A stretch of DNA of 64,000 nucleotides from a virus. Position numbers and translations under genes: made by a program. The stretch covers positions 110,511 through 174,510 of the IMG/VR virus record IMGVR_UViG_3300013102_000002. The stretch is one strand, 5' to 3'. The notes under the pieces are model-generated. The model did not search any database and was not told where the DNA came from. It saw only the letters and a program-made list of their open reading frames with translations. The number at the start of each line of letters is the position of its first letter. Position 1 is the first letter of the stretch. Below are positions 40,100 to 49,776 of the stretch, in pieces.

Positions 40100-40154
40100 T
40101 CAAATAATGCTTTCATGATGTTTTAAAAATAAAAATAAGAGGAGTTGTTGTAAT

Positions 40155-41240
40155 TTGAGTAGTTTGATTGTTGAAGTTTGTAGGGTTGATAGCATTGAGA
40201 AGCATCCGAACGCCGATAAACTATCCATCATTAGTGTAAAGGGTTGGAATTGTATCGTTGGCCTGGATCAATACAAAGAAGGAGATTTAGTTGTTTTCAT
40301 TCCACCAGATTCAATTATTCCTGAAGATTTGATTGAAAAGTATGAACTTACTTATCTCAAGAATGGTGGAAGAGTTGGCAGCACAAAGCTTCGTGGTTAC
40401 ATTTCACAGGGACTAATTCTTGCTCCACCACAAGGAAAGAAATATAAAGTTGGTGATGATGTAGCCAAAGAAATGAACATCAAGAAATGGGAGCCACCAA
40501 CACCGTCTTACCAACAAAATCAATCTGGTAAGAAGAGTACGCCCCGTAATATTAATCCTTATTTTGATAAATATAATGATTTGGAGAATATTAAAAACTT
40601 CAACAACGTATTCAAAGATGGTGACAAAGTTTATATCAGCGAAAAACTCCACGGAACAAGTTGGAGAGCTGGTAATCATCCGGTAGTTAACAAAGGCATA
40701 AAAAGAAAAATAGTTAATTTCTTTAAAAAACTGATTGGTAAATATGATGGATATGAATTCGTTTATGGAAGTCGAAATGTTCAATTGTCTTATACATCGA
40801 AGAAGGGATACTACGGTGATGATGTTTACGGAAATATTGCTAAGAAATACAACATGAAAAACATCATCCCAAAAGACTACGGAGTATATGGTGAAGTTAT
40901 TGGCAGAGGAATTCAGGATCTGGAGTATGGACTGGATGAGCATGATCTTTACATTTATGATATTAAACTAAATGGCAAGTATCTTCCTTATGAAGATATG
41001 AAAGCATTCTGTGATGAGCGTAATCTTAAAGTTGTTCCACTTTTATACATAGGTGAATGGAATTCAGAATTAATCAATACATATACGAACGGTAAATCGA
41101 TCTTGGCTCCAAAACAGATTCGTGAGGGTTGCGTAATTAAAGATTACAATGAGACGAATGATCAAAGGCTTGGCCGTAAAGTATTGAAAAGTATTTCGTT
41201 TGATTACTTGACACGAAAAAATGCTACGGAATTCCATTAA
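40155..41240 (+). CDS. RNA ligase, DRB0094/Rnl5 family
   Basis: N-terminal HPNADKL OB module, LRG.ISQGL, motif I EKLHGTS, YGEVIG, IYDI, REGCV, VLKSIS. Confidence 0.9.
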   Translation: MSSLIVEVCRVDSIEKHPNADKLSIISVKGWNCIVGLDQYKEGDLVVFIPPDSIIPEDLIEKYELTYLKNGGRVGSTKLRGYISQGLILAPPQGKKYKVGDDVAKEMNIKKWEPPTPSYQQNQSGKKSTPRNINPYFDKYNDLENIKNFNNVFKDGDKVYISEKLHGTSWRAGNHPVVNKGIKRKIVNFFKKLIGKYDGYEFVYGSRNVQLSYTSKKGYYGDDVYGNIAKKYNMKNIIPKDYGVYGEVIGRGIQDLEYGLDEHDLYIYDIKLNGKYLPYEDMKAFCDERNLKVVPLLYIGEWNSELINTYTNGKSILAPKQIREGCVIKDYNETNDQRLGRKVLKSISFDYLTRKNATEFH

Positions 41241-41255
41241 GAAAGGAGGTAAATA

Positions 41256-41573
41256 ATGCACTGGTCTGATACATATCCCCATGAACTATACGCAAATGTA
41301 CTATTGCTCGATGGTAAAATTGAATGCTGGAAAACTGGAAGCACAAAAGCAGAAGGATACTGGCCTTTTAAGTCATGGTGGAAGCCAAATCGATTGAGAT
41401 TGTCTAATAGCGATCCTCACGAAGAGTGGACGATGGGGGATTACACGGTTGAATCTAAAACATGGATCGTCAACAATGACCAGGAACATAATGATGTATT
41501 CGCCATTCACTCTAAGGAATGGTATCGACAATGGGAACATGCAGCTGATTATAAATTGGGGAGGGCTTATTGA
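41256..41573 (+). CDS. hypothetical Trp-rich protein
   Basis: AAGGAGG SD. Confidence 0.7.
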   Translation: MHWSDTYPHELYANVLLLDGKIECWKTGSTKAEGYWPFKSWWKPNRLRLSNSDPHEEWTMGDYTVESKTWIVNNDQEHNDVFAIHSKEWYRQWEHAADYKLGRAY

Positions 41574-41993
41574 TTGAATCACGCTGAATATAAAAAGTTG
41601 GTCAAGATTGGTGAAGAAGTATGGATTTGTGACTATCGATTTAACGATATTGACAATCAACCTATTCGTCATGTTAAGCCGACAAGAGTTTTAGTGGTAA
41701 GTAATGAGGAGTTGCCAAGCAATAAGACTGTATATTATTCAGAGTTTCATTTTAAGCCATTTGGAAAGAATGGCAAGCCACTGGCACAAGTAATTGCTCC
41801 ATATGATAATACGGGTTATCGATCTTATACCGGAGAGTCACTTAATATTTTCTATGATGAAAAAGAGTGCGTGAAGCACTATAAGAAGCAATGTGAAGGA
41901 ATTATTGATAAGTTTGAAGCCGCCAAAGAATCCAAGTTGAAATATTATGACAAGAAGATTGCTGAGATTCAAGCTGAAATGGAGGAATTTTAA
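41574..41993 (+). CDS. hypothetical protein
   Basis: Co-oriented ORF with SD. Confidence 0.7.
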   Translation: MNHAEYKKLVKIGEEVWICDYRFNDIDNQPIRHVKPTRVLVVSNEELPSNKTVYYSEFHFKPFGKNGKPLAQVIAPYDNTGYRSYTGESLNIFYDEKECVKHYKKQCEGIIDKFEAAKESKLKYYDKKIAEIQAEMEEF

Positions 41994-41995
41994 GA

Positions 41996-42202
41996 ATGAT
42001 TGATATATTAAAGGCAAAAATTGAATCATTACAAGAAGAAATAACTGAAATCAACTCACAAATAGAAAGTGATTTTGATCCTGATGAATGGTCTGGAGGC
42101 AACTTCGACGATTGCTACAATCTAGGATTTGAACATGGAGAGAAATTTGGTCGAATGGATGCTTATAAAGAAATGCTAAAAATTCTAGAAAGTACGAATT
42201 GA
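41996..42202 (+). CDS. hypothetical protein
   Basis: GGAGG SD; SGGNFDDCY..G motif. Confidence 0.65.
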   Translation: MIDILKAKIESLQEEITEINSQIESDFDPDEWSGGNFDDCYNLGFEHGEKFGRMDAYKEMLKILESTN

Positions 42203-42261
42203 AAAACGTTGATTTATAAGGGTTTTTTAGACCGAAAAACCTCATGAAAGTCAAATTTCAT
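42202..42261. repeat. composite site (accessory palindrome plus core repeat)
   Basis: AAAAACGTTGATTTATAAGGG, 21 bp, ATGAAA gtcaaa TTTCAT. Confidence 0.8.
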
Positions 42262-42280
42262 TAGAAAAAGGAGAGATAAG

Positions 42281-42670
42281 ATGATCATAAATAAAAGTAT
42301 TGAAGCCGTAAAAGGTTTGGTAGAGTATTCTATTAATTTCGATGGTTATTCAGAAGAAGATGAACTGCTAGAATATGAAGAATTCAACAACATCAAAGAG
42401 TTGATGGTGGCATTAAGCAAAGAAAAGTTGCAAGAGATAAAAGAAACTTATCATGAAGCAGACAGAATAAAAATCATTAGTATTAGCTTTAAAGGAACAA
42501 CAGAAGACAAGGATACATCATTTCAAATTTTCTTGACTGACAATGAAGTTAGAGAAAATGTTGTAGCAAAAATTGATAACGATGATATCGATAATCGACT
42601 TCTTTCTAATGTGGAAAAGATCAAAGAAATCATTGATAACACGCTTAATCAATATCCGATCAAGTATTAA
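42281..42670 (+). CDS. hypothetical protein
   Basis: Between sites 42244 and 42670. Confidence 0.7.
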   Translation: MIINKSIEAVKGLVEYSINFDGYSEEDELLEYEEFNNIKELMVALSKEKLQEIKETYHEADRIKIISISFKGTTEDKDTSFQIFLTDNEVRENVVAKIDNDDIDNRLLSNVEKIKEIIDNTLNQYPIKY

Positions 42671-42908
42671 TAAAATGCACATTTGATGAAGAAAAGGAGG
42701 ACAGAACTTGAAAGATGAAAGAGAGTTCGAAAACGAGAATAGAATGTTATTGGGCAATATAGCTAGAATAATTCTTTCAAATGATGCAGATGAGATCGAA
42801 AATATGAGAATATGGGCGCATAAACGAATTGATGACATGGCTGATTTTAAAATTAAAGAGACTGAATAAATTGTAACATTTATTAAGAAAAAGAAAGGGT
42901 GAATAAAT

Positions 42909-44033
42909 ATTAAAACAAACATATTCGTACCACAAAAGATTAAAGTTGGTTTTCAGAATCGCAACGATACATATACAAAGAAGTTGGCATATGTAATCTA
43001 CTATGACACAAAAGGAAAGCTACGCCAAGAAACTTCATGGGAGGGATGGCGCGACAATAAAATAGATCCAGTCGAATATGATAATGGACCAGTTTCAGGA
43101 TTTGTATTAAATAAGAAGGTTGGCGATTATAAAAGCGGCTGGAACCATCGACAAGCGTACACAAGAGTTTATGATCCTAGAGGGTTTGAATTTGAAATAA
43201 CAATTGAAAATCTGCTCTATATTCTTGAGAACGCCAACTCTATCAAAGGAAAGGGTCTAGAAGGCGAATTCGTCTACTCGTGGGATGGTAAGAATCTGAT
43301 TCTTTTACCTGTAGACTCTCCAGATTATCAAGAGATAAGCCAATTTAATAAAATCCTACATGAAAAGAATTTTGTAAAGGCAAAAGATCTGATTGTTGGA
43401 GCTACATACAAATCTAAAGACAATCAAGAGTGGATTTATATGGGGAGATTTGATCTGAAGGATACTGAGTCTGAGCAGATTTATACGGGGAGATCAAATG
43501 ATCGTTGGAGTTCGCCACAGTATAAGTATATTTATCACAACATCTCAAAAGGGAAACACCATTTCTTTGTGAAAGAGTCAGAATATACTTATGGAGAAAA
43601 ATATAAAGCATTATCAACAATTAAGTCGCTAGGAGATAGATTTATCGAAGTGGTTTCAAGTGAATGTACAGAAGATTATGCCGAATGGTTTGATTGGGTA
43701 GAAAGACAAACAGAATATTCCCATAGAGACAAATCGAAAGATGAATGGATTAATTATTCATTAGGTGACTTTGAAGAGTATATTCAAAACAAAGAGTTTA
43801 GAGATGATCGTTGGGGGAGTGTTGTAGATCTGTATATTGAACCAGAAAAGACAGAGCGCGTTCATTATGATATAAATAAAACCCAATTCTATAAAGATGG
43901 GAAATACATTGCAACTAATCGTGAGTATGAAAAAATTTATATTGGTGATATCCAAACTGTTTATGACCTTTATTCCCCAATGTATAAGAACGAGTACTTA
44001 GAAAATGGAAAACTATATCGGAGGATTGGTTAA
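42909..44033 (+). CDS. hypothetical phage protein; probable ATT start
   Basis: Frame open from ATT 42909 (IKTNIFVPQKIKVGFQ...LAYVIYYD) behind a GGGTG SD; YDPRGFEFEIT motif. Confidence 0.75.
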   Translation: MKTNIFVPQKIKVGFQNRNDTYTKKLAYVIYYDTKGKLRQETSWEGWRDNKIDPVEYDNGPVSGFVLNKKVGDYKSGWNHRQAYTRVYDPRGFEFEITIENLLYILENANSIKGKGLEGEFVYSWDGKNLILLPVDSPDYQEISQFNKILHEKNFVKAKDLIVGATYKSKDNQEWIYMGRFDLKDTESEQIYTGRSNDRWSSPQYKYIYHNISKGKHHFFVKESEYTYGEKYKALSTIKSLGDRFIEVVSSECTEDYAEWFDWVERQTEYSHRDKSKDEWINYSLGDFEEYIQNKEFRDDRWGSVVDLYIEPEKTERVHYDINKTQFYKDGKYIATNREYEKIYIGDIQTVYDLYSPMYKNEYLENGKLYRRIG

Positions 44034-44034
44034 A

Positions 44035-44445
44035 ATGGCGAACAATAATGATCACAAAATTCTGGAACTAAAGAAGCAGATCGAAGACAAGAAAAAGCAA
44101 GTTGGTAAGTTACAAAAGTTTACTCCAGTCACCAATTGTTCTATTGAAATTGATGGACTCAGACACAATATCAATGTTCTCAGTAAGGAACAGATTTTAT
44201 TGTTGATGGTAAAACTAAATTCTTATGCTATTTCTGCAAATGAACTTGGTGTACTAGAAGACTATAATATTAGTGGGTATAATGTTATTGATTGGATTGC
44301 TGATCTTAAGTCCAAACTTAGTATTCTTGGTAAAAAAGAAGAAGAAGCTAAACTGAAGGCAATGGAATCTAAGTTGGATCAACTATTATCTGATGATAAG
44401 AAAGTTGAACTTGAACTTGATGAAATTGCTAACTTTTTAAAATGA
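44035..44445 (+). CDS. hypothetical coiled-coil protein
   Basis: GGAGG SD; coupled to the previous gene. Confidence 0.7.
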   Translation: MANNNDHKILELKKQIEDKKKQVGKLQKFTPVTNCSIEIDGLRHNINVLSKEQILLLMVKLNSYAISANELGVLEDYNISGYNVIDWIADLKSKLSILGKKEEEAKLKAMESKLDQLLSDDKKVELELDEIANFLK

Positions 44446-44651
44446 GTAAAACAATGAGAACGGTCCAAAAGCTAGTTAATGGTGAATGGCAACCAATCAA
44501 ATTCTATCAGATTAAATACGGTGATTACTTCAGAATGTTTGATAATATTACTCCTGTATCAGATAATGGTAAGTACATATTCCATGCAACCAGCTATCCC
44601 TATTGCAATGATGATCAGGGTACTCAGACAATTGATTACGAAACATGTTGA
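44442..44651 (+). CDS. hypothetical protein, paralog of 45221-45418
   Basis: RTVQKLVNGEW...F..IK.GD.FRMFD. Confidence 0.65.
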   Translation: MSKTMRTVQKLVNGEWQPIKFYQIKYGDYFRMFDNITPVSDNGKYIFHATSYPYCNDDQGTQTIDYETC

Positions 44652-44676
44652 CAAAAGTTTAATAAATAAATATAAT
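44648..44676 (+). promoter_or_regulatory. consensus sigma-A promoter with box in the spacer; upstream of the nrd block
   Basis: TTGACA-17-TATAAT containing TTTAATAAATAAATAT. Confidence 0.85.
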
Positions 44677-44720
44677 GATAAGTATAGGAGGTTAACGGAA
44701 CGAATAAAACATACATAAGT

Positions 44721-44930
44721 TTGGGAGATGCATTATATGATTGTTTCAAAGAAGATGTTGGAACGGATAATGAATCTCAATTACATGAAGATGTTTATGT
44801 GAAGAAAAAGCTTAGAGATCATATAGGAGCAAAAGAATACAAAAAGATGGATGCTTTAGATGAAAAGATATGGTATGAAGCCTGGAGAGAATTTGATATG
44901 AGAACCTATTATGATCGAATGGGAAAATAG
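44721..44930 (+). CDS. hypothetical protein
   Basis: ORF after promoter 44648; start uncertain. Confidence 0.55.
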   Translation: MGDALYDCFKEDVGTDNESQLHEDVYVKKKLRDHIGAKEYKKMDALDEKIWYEAWREFDMRTYYDRMGK

Positions 44931-44940
44931 GAGGTGTAAT

Positions 44941-45189
44941 GTGGAAACCGGAATACTGTTTAAAGTAGAACTTGCTACATATAAAGATGATGGAGTATTG
45001 GATAGTAAATTTGATTTCAATGTATTCGTTGATGCGAGTGATTGTCTGGAGGTTTCTTCGGATGAAGAAGAGATTGATATTGGACAAATGGAAGAGATGG
45101 CTGTCAAATATGCAATAGATAAGTTCTTTGATCAAGGTAATGTGCTAAGGATGGGAGAGATAATCGAGATTGTGAGTGTTAGTTATTAA
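44941..45189 (+). CDS. hypothetical acidic protein
   Basis: GGAGGTG SD, GTG start. Confidence 0.6.
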   Translation: METGILFKVELATYKDDGVLDSKFDFNVFVDASDCLEVSSDEEEIDIGQMEEMAVKYAIDKFFDQGNVLRMGEIIEIVSVSY

Positions 45190-45220
45190 TGAATAAAAAT
45201 AAACATAAAGAAGGAATGTA

Positions 45221-45418
45221 ATGGTGAGAACCATTGAAAAACTTACGGTCAATGGATGGGTTGTTTACGAATTTAAAGAATTAGTTGAGCATGATATTTT
45301 TCGACTGTTTGATGATGGCGTATTATTTGTTGATAAAGATGGTAACTCAGAATTCCAGACGATAAGCGATTCTTATCTAAATAAAGAAGGATTTTGGCAA
45401 GTTGATATAACTGGCTAG
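45221..45418 (+). CDS. hypothetical protein, paralog of 44442-44651
   Basis: RTIEKLTVNGW...F.EL...DIFRLFD. Confidence 0.65.
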   Translation: MVRTIEKLTVNGWVVYEFKELVEHDIFRLFDDGVLFVDKDGNSEFQTISDSYLNKEGFWQVDITG

Positions 45419-45461
45419 AATATAATAAAAATAATATTTTATCAAGATTGCGAGGTGCAAA

Positions 45462-45644
45462 ATGTTTAAGGAATACAAGGTTAGGTTCTATGATTCTGGA
45501 GAACATAAACTGGGTTATCTTGTAACTATCGTGGCGTTGGATGTTGAACAGGCCAATGAGTTTGCAACGATGATTGTTTCGGGGCTGGCATACCAACCAG
45601 ATAGCGATTGGTTTCCTCATGACACGAACTATGAGTTTATTTAA
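45462..45644 (+). CDS. hypothetical protein
   Basis: GAGGTG SD after site 45425. Confidence 0.6.
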   Translation: MFKEYKVRFYDSGEHKLGYLVTIVALDVEQANEFATMIVSGLAYQPDSDWFPHDTNYEFI

Positions 45645-45656
45645 AGGAGGTGAATA

Positions 45657-45896
45657 ATGAAACGGATTGATCTAAAACTTATTCAGCCTTATTTTTCTCA
45701 AGTTAAACATCGATTCAAACCATTTGAAGTGAGAAAGAATGATCGAGACTACGAAGTTGGTGACACTTTAGTTTTACATGAATGGATTCCTGAAGAAGAA
45801 AAATATGCGGGAGACTGGTTTGAGCGAGAAGTAATTTATGTATTTGATAATCCTGATTATGTAAAAGAGGGATTTGTGATTTTGGGGATTGAATAA
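45657..45896 (+). CDS. DUF3850 / ASCH-like domain protein
   Basis: LK..QPYF..V....KPFEVRKNDRDYEVGD.L.L.EW...Y.G. Confidence 0.85.
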   Translation: MKRIDLKLIQPYFSQVKHRFKPFEVRKNDRDYEVGDTLVLHEWIPEEEKYAGDWFEREVIYVFDNPDYVKEGFVILGIE

Positions 45897-45907
45897 GACA
45901 CTAGGAG

Positions 45908-48900
45908 ATGACGCATACGCAAGTTACAAAGAGAGATGGAATCATTAGCGAATATGATCCAAATAAAATTACTGACGCAATTATTAAGGCAATGAGAATG
46001 ACTGAAGTAGGAATTGATAAAGAATTAGCAGAGAAAATAACTTTAAAAGTTACCCAACAAGTAATGAAGAGTAAAAATACATATTCCGTAGAGTTGCTAC
46101 AGGACTTGATAGAAAAAGACCTTATGATGAGTAGCAGAAAAGATGTTGCAAGAGAGTATATTACCTATCGGCAAAAAAGAACAGAAGAGCGCCTTAAACA
46201 AAGTGAACTATTTAAGATTGGCGAAGGCATTATTTCTGGAGAAAACGAAGAAGTAACCAAAGAAAATGCTAATTTAAATGGTGAATCCTATAGTGGAAAA
46301 ATGAATCGTTTTGGCTCTGAGTACAGTAAAATGTATGCAAGAAATGTGATGCTTCCAAAACGACTAGTTAAAGCGATGGACGAAGGATTTATTCATGTTC
46401 ACGACCTAGACCATTATGCTGTAGGAACACATAACTGCTTATTTATCCCGTTTGATAAACTCTTAGCAAATGGGTTCCAGGTTAGTGATAAAGGTTCTGT
46501 AAGAACTCCTAACTCAATCATGACTGCAATGGCTCAGGTGGCTATTATTTTTCAGTGTCAACAGAATAGTCAATTTGGTGGGTGTGGTGCTGCTAAATTT
46601 GATTGGGATTTGGCTCCTTATGTGACTAAATCATTCAAGAAACATTTTCGTAAAGGGCAAATGTATTTTGGTGAAACCTATGTCGAAGTAAGCGACGATA
46701 AACTATTTCTTGATAACTCCGCGTTATTGTCTGTACTCCCTAAGTCATACACGTATGCCAAAGAAGAAACAGAGCTAGAGACAAAGCAAGCAGCAGAAAG
46801 TATGATTCATAACTTGAATACAATGGCCTCAAGAGCAGGAGGTCAGGTTCCATTTACCTCAATTACCTTTGGACTATGTACTTCTACAGAGGGAAAAATG
46901 ATTTCTAACGCTATCCTAAATGCATCGATGAATGGATTGGGACACTCAGAAACAGCGATTTTCCCACAACTTATTTTCCAGTGTAAGCAAGGAGTAAACC
47001 AGAATCTTGGGGAACCGAATTACGATATTTTCATGAAGGCAATTGAATGCTCTAGTAAGCGTTTGTTTCCTAATTTCGTGAACGTCGATGCAGACTTCAA
47101 TCTCCAATATTACGATCCAAGTGATCCAGATACGGCAGTGGCAACCATGGGATGTGTTGATGGAGACGAGGTAGTTACCTACAAACTTAATGATATTCTC
47201 TATGTGGAATCATTTAAAAGAATGTACGATAATGTTGAAAGGATTGGTTTTAAAAGTAGATTCGGAATATCTGAGTACGTAGAATGTGAACGGCTAGAGA
47301 TATTTGATTCTTACAGTGGTGGGTTTGTAGTCGTTAAGAAAGTGATTAAAAATCCAGATCAAAATAACTGGGTTATCGTAAAACTTAATAATGGAAGAAG
47401 TATGCTTGCAACAAAGGATCATCCGCTACCAGTTGAGGGAAGAGGACGAATATTCGTAAAGGATATTAAAATTGGCGATAGTATTCCAGTGACATATGAT
47501 CAATACTCCGAAGAGTCTGAGGTCTACGAAAATGAAAAAGCATGGCTAGATGGAATGCTGCTATGTGACAGTTCATATAGTGGAGGATGCGTTAGAATTT
47601 CGCTTGGTATGGATGAAAAAGATGCTGCTGAAGCATCTCAAACTGCACTAAGAAGAGTATATGGAATAAAAAACAAAGTAGTATTTCAACAACGTGGAGT
47701 CAAGGGAATATATCTAGATATTGTTTCTTATGAGTCAGGGACAGAAAAGCTTAATGCGTTGGCTGATATGTTTGGTGGCTGGAATAAGATTAACAGAAAA
47801 GTTCCTGATTATATCTTCAGATCCAGCAGAGAAAATAAACTCTCGTTTTTGGCTGGAATGATTGATGCGGATGGGCATATCAAAAATATGCATGGTTCTG
47901 CAAGAGTAGAGATTGGCAGTACTAATAAAGAGCTTGCTTTGCAACAAGTAGCATTGGCCCAGGCAGTTGGCATTAAAGCTAAATTATATTTAAATAAATA
48001 CAATGGTAATGACAAAAGTAAGATCAGATATAAGGTTGAATTCTATAATACATATGAGTTAAACAAATATCTAAAGTGCAAGAAAAAAAGAGATGTTCTT
48101 GAAAACTGTAAAGCAAGTAATGTGATTGTTCATGAGTGTGCAAAGGTAACAGAAATTATAGAAATGGGTTTTATGAATAAACATAGTTATGATGTTGAAA
48201 CAGAATCAGATCGATTTGATGTCAGCGGAATATACAGTCACAATTGCAGAACCCGTGTAATCTCCAATCGATTTGGAAAAGGTTGTCAATCAGGTAGAGG
48301 GAATGTTTCATTTAATTCCATCAATTTAACCAAACTAGGTATTGAATATGGAGCAGTAAATGGACGCTCTGAAATTGACGTTGATGGATTCTGGAATAAA
48401 CTTGATGAGATTCTTGATATCACTCTAGATGGATTGCTTCATCGTTTTGATATTCAGGGCAACCAACCAGCAAAAGCAAGTGACTTTATGATGCAGAATG
48501 GTTCATGGACTGGTGGAGAAAAACTTCATCCCAATCAGAAAATTAAAGACTTGCTCAGAATGGGTTCAATTAGTATTGGATTTGTTGGACTAGCAGAGTG
48601 TCTAAAGGCTTTGTTCGGGAAACATCATGGTGAAGATCAAGACGTATGGTATTTTGGGCAGGAACTGATCCATTATATCAGAGAGTATTGTGACATGAAA
48701 TCAGATGAACACGATATGAATATCACATGCTTCGCGTCTCCCGCAGAATCACTTGCAGGTAAATTTGCCAGAATGAATAATAAGCAATATGGCGTTATTG
48801 AGGGAGTTACAGACAGAGAATATATCACTAATTCATTCCATATTCCTGTTTATTTTAATTTGCCAGCTCACAAGAAAATTGAATTAGAAGCACCTTTTCA

Positions 48901-49216
48901 TAAGATGACTAATGCGGGACATATCTCATATGTTGAACTTGATGGTAATGCACGAAACAATCTAGAGGCATTTAAAAATATTGTTCAATATGCTCTTAGT
49001 AAGAACATTGGATATTTCAGTATTAATCATCCAATTGATAAATGTATGACCTGTAATTTTGATGGTGTTATTAATAAAGAATGTCCTTCTTGTGGAGAAA
49101 CCGATGAAAACAATATTGCAAGAATCAGACGTATAACTGGGTATTTAGTCGGGACTCTTAACAGATTCAATGGTTCGAAGAAAGCAGAAGAACGAGACCG
49201 TGTTAAGCATTCATGA
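45908..49216 (+). CDS. nrdD: class III anaerobic ribonucleoside-triphosphate reductase with N-terminal ATP cone and intein
   Basis: VTKRDG ATP cone, IHVHDLD, THNC, TMG|C-RT, YITNSFH, zinc CxxC pairs, glycyl-radical RRITGYL. Confidence 0.95.
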   Translation: MTHTQVTKRDGIISEYDPNKITDAIIKAMRMTEVGIDKELAEKITLKVTQQVMKSKNTYSVELLQDLIEKDLMMSSRKDVAREYITYRQKRTEERLKQSELFKIGEGIISGENEEVTKENANLNGESYSGKMNRFGSEYSKMYARNVMLPKRLVKAMDEGFIHVHDLDHYAVGTHNCLFIPFDKLLANGFQVSDKGSVRTPNSIMTAMAQVAIIFQCQQNSQFGGCGAAKFDWDLAPYVTKSFKKHFRKGQMYFGETYVEVSDDKLFLDNSALLSVLPKSYTYAKEETELETKQAAESMIHNLNTMASRAGGQVPFTSITFGLCTSTEGKMISNAILNASMNGLGHSETAIFPQLIFQCKQGVNQNLGEPNYDIFMKAIECSSKRLFPNFVNVDADFNLQYYDPSDPDTAVATMGCVDGDEVVTYKLNDILYVESFKRMYDNVERIGFKSRFGISEYVECERLEIFDSYSGGFVVVKKVIKNPDQNNWVIVKLNNGRSMLATKDHPLPVEGRGRIFVKDIKIGDSIPVTYDQYSEESEVYENEKAWLDGMLLCDSSYSGGCVRISLGMDEKDAAEASQTALRRVYGIKNKVVFQQRGVKGIYLDIVSYESGTEKLNALADMFGGWNKINRKVPDYIFRSSRENKLSFLAGMIDADGHIKNMHGSARVEIGSTNKELALQQVALAQAVGIKAKLYLNKYNGNDKSKIRYKVEFYNTYELNKYLKCKKKRDVLENCKASNVIVHECAKVTEIIEMGFMNKHSYDVETESDRFDVSGIYSHNCRTRVISNRFGKGCQSGRGNVSFNSINLTKLGIEYGAVNGRSEIDVDGFWNKLDEILDITLDGLLHRFDIQGNQPAKASDFMMQNGSWTGGEKLHPNQKIKDLLRMGSISIGFVGLAECLKALFGKHHGEDQDVWYFGQELIHYIREYCDMKSDEHDMNITCFASPAESLAGKFARMNNKQYGVIEGVTDREYITNSFHIPVYFNLPAHKKIELEAPFHKMTNAGHISYVELDGNARNNLEAFKNIVQYALSKNIGYFSINHPIDKCMTCNFDGVINKECPSCGETDENNIARIRRITGYLVGTLNRFNGSKKAEERDRVKHS
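47153..48244 (+). mobile_element. intein (364 aa) with LAGLIDADG homing endonuclease, in nrdD
   Basis: Begins CVDGD after ATMG; block B ATKDHP; FLAGMIDADG; ends YDVET...IYSHN followed by extein Cys (CRTRV). Confidence 0.95.
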
Positions 49217-49716
49217 GAATATCTGGATACATAAAAGAAAGTATAGTTGATGGTCAAGGATTAAGAGCAGTCGTGTTTTTTAGCGGCTGCTACCACAACT
49301 GCCCTGGATGCCATTCTCTACAAACACATGACAAGAACTATGGAGAGGAATTTACTGAAGAAAGACAATGGGAGATTATTAATAATATCAAATCAAATCC
49401 ACTTCTATCTGGCGTGACCTTATCAGGAGGTGATTGTTTTTTCTCGGCAAAAGAAGTTGTTAAGTTTGTAATAAAGTTAAAAAATGAGATACCAAATATT
49501 AATATATGGACATATACAGGTTTTACTATTGAGCAATTGATGAGTAAAAAAGATAGTAAGTATGAATTATTGAAAATGTGTGATGTGCTGGTTGATGGGA
49601 AGTTTGAGATCGAAAATCGAGACACGACAATAAAATTTGCTGGAAGTCGAAATCAGAGAGTAATAGATGTAAAAGAGAGTTTGAAGCAAAACAAAGTAGT
49701 ACTTTACGAATCATAA
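49213..49716 (+). CDS. nrdG: anaerobic RNR activating protein (radical SAM)
   Basis: ESIVDGQGLR.VVFFSGCYHNCPGCH, GVTLSGGD, DVLVDG.F, GSRNQRVID. Confidence 0.95.
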   Translation: MRISGYIKESIVDGQGLRAVVFFSGCYHNCPGCHSLQTHDKNYGEEFTEERQWEIINNIKSNPLLSGVTLSGGDCFFSAKEVVKFVIKLKNEIPNINIWTYTGFTIEQLMSKKDSKYELLKMCDVLVDGKFEIENRDTTIKFAGSRNQRVIDVKESLKQNKVVLYES

Positions 49717-49776
49717 TTGATTTGGTGGGGTGGGTGGGAATTATGAAATTAAAAATAGAAGGGAAGATTAAGCAGA

